A stretch of 64,000 nt of DNA from Psammoneis japonica (lineage: Eukaryota), in NCBI GenBank assembly GCA_008632985.1, contig QPGO01000093.1, positions 62,001-126,000 on the forward strand. The letters run 5' to 3'. The position numbers were made by a program, and so were the translations under genes. This document shows positions 62,951 to 64,000 of the stretch, piece after piece (within the stretch, counting starts at the first letter, position 1; each line of letters opens with the position of its first letter). The notes beneath the pieces were generated by a model. That model did not search any database and was not told the origin of the DNA. It worked only from the letters and a program-made list of their open reading frames with translations.

Positions 62951-64000
62951 GTCCCCTCCACTTGCACTCTCCATCGTGAGTCTATGCGTCGACCGTTCTT
63001 CGCGCGCGCGCTCGCACGCACCCGAAGGTCTCCTCATAGACTCTCGCGGAAGTAAGACGGACGATGTACCAGGGTCGTATGTAGGCCGTTTGTTACGGTG
63101 CCGTATTGCGCATCGTCTCATTGCTCATTTGCTGTTATCGGCATGAACTACTCCCAAGGCTATCTAGCACTGTAGAATGAATCTTTTATAGTATTGGGAC
63201 GTTTCGAGTATACCATAACAAAGCCTATAGTTACATAACTGCTACATAGCTCCTCATTCCATCATTCACAATCGGATGTGTTGATCCTTTTCTCTCGGCT
63301 CGATCGCGATAGCCACACATCGAACCACGACCCATGAACTATCACGCCAGGTCATTGAGCTGGTAGTCGTCCACCAGTAGTTACCGTAGGAGGCCAAAAA
63401 GAGAAAGGAGGATACAAGAAGTGAGAACATCCGTGACACAGGATTCAAGAGAGGCAACAAAATTGGAAACATCAATGCAAAAAATAGAAACATTCTCACC
63501 GGCAATTAACGCCAAGGAAGAGACACGACAGTACCACTGAGCACCGAGAGGTACGCCAAAGAATGCTACTGAATCCCCACCAAGCCCATTAATCAGCCTG
63601 TGTTTTCGATCCACGCTACGTCTTAAAGTAGGAGATCTTGCTAGAGGCGAAAACAAAAACTGCAATTGTTGAGTTACAGAAGCAAATTATGAGCAAAATC
63701 ATAACACCAACTTACCCAATTAACCTTTGTACACATTCTTTTGTGTCTCCTGTGTGTATGTGCTTGTCGCTGTAACGGTATTTGTCTCATGCCATTGCTA
63801 GAGGCATTCATACTATCGCGAACTGATGAAATCTGCGCGAAGTACAAGCCCCATTGAGTGAGTTTGAATGCCAACAATTAACAATATTATCACATGATCT
63901 TACCTCCTTGACTCAGTGTCACTAAATGAGTATAGCCAATGCACTCAAATCTACCCAAGCGGTAAGAAATCGACACAACCGTCCAAAAATCTCCAAAATT

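Noticed and set aside
63266..63877. Possible minus-strand gene near the window end
   Set aside because: Short ORFs with no recognisable motif and no consistent splice model.

Overview
This is eukaryotic nuclear DNA, most likely from a pennate diatom. That is an inference from the short GT-AG introns, compact genes, a signal-peptide-bearing RPE and argininosuccinate synthase. Two kinds of sequence alternate. (1) Ordinary gene-dense segments carry RPE, a FolD/MTD1-type dehydrogenase, two tandem secreted M64-like peptidases, an AT-hook protein, glutathionyl-hydroquinone reductase, Ac45/VOA1, argininosuccinate synthase, a glycosyltransferase-like gene, DNA ligase I, cytochrome b561, SpoU and Trm8 methyltransferases, and a Harbinger-type MITE. 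(2) Four sharply bounded blocks (~1.9-22.4 kb, ~29.0-30.4 kb, ~44.2-47.6 kb, ~62.2-62.95 kb) consist of dead transposons and dead host-gene copies. In these blocks TpA has been almost erased and CpG is depleted, both converted to TpG/CpA. Conserved Tyr codons read as Cys or His, GTAAGT splice donors read GCAAGT, and TAA/TAG stops have largely vanished, which explains the flood of spurious Cys/His-rich ORFs. Surviving TpA sites are mostly YTAR, and cases that can be polarised mostly point to A->G in 5'-TAY-3'. The main candidate for an undescribed system is therefore a domain-restricted A:T->G:C hypermutation of silenced DNA, directionally opposite to fungal RIP. No enzyme for it can be identified in this window. 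All counts were made by eye and are approximate.
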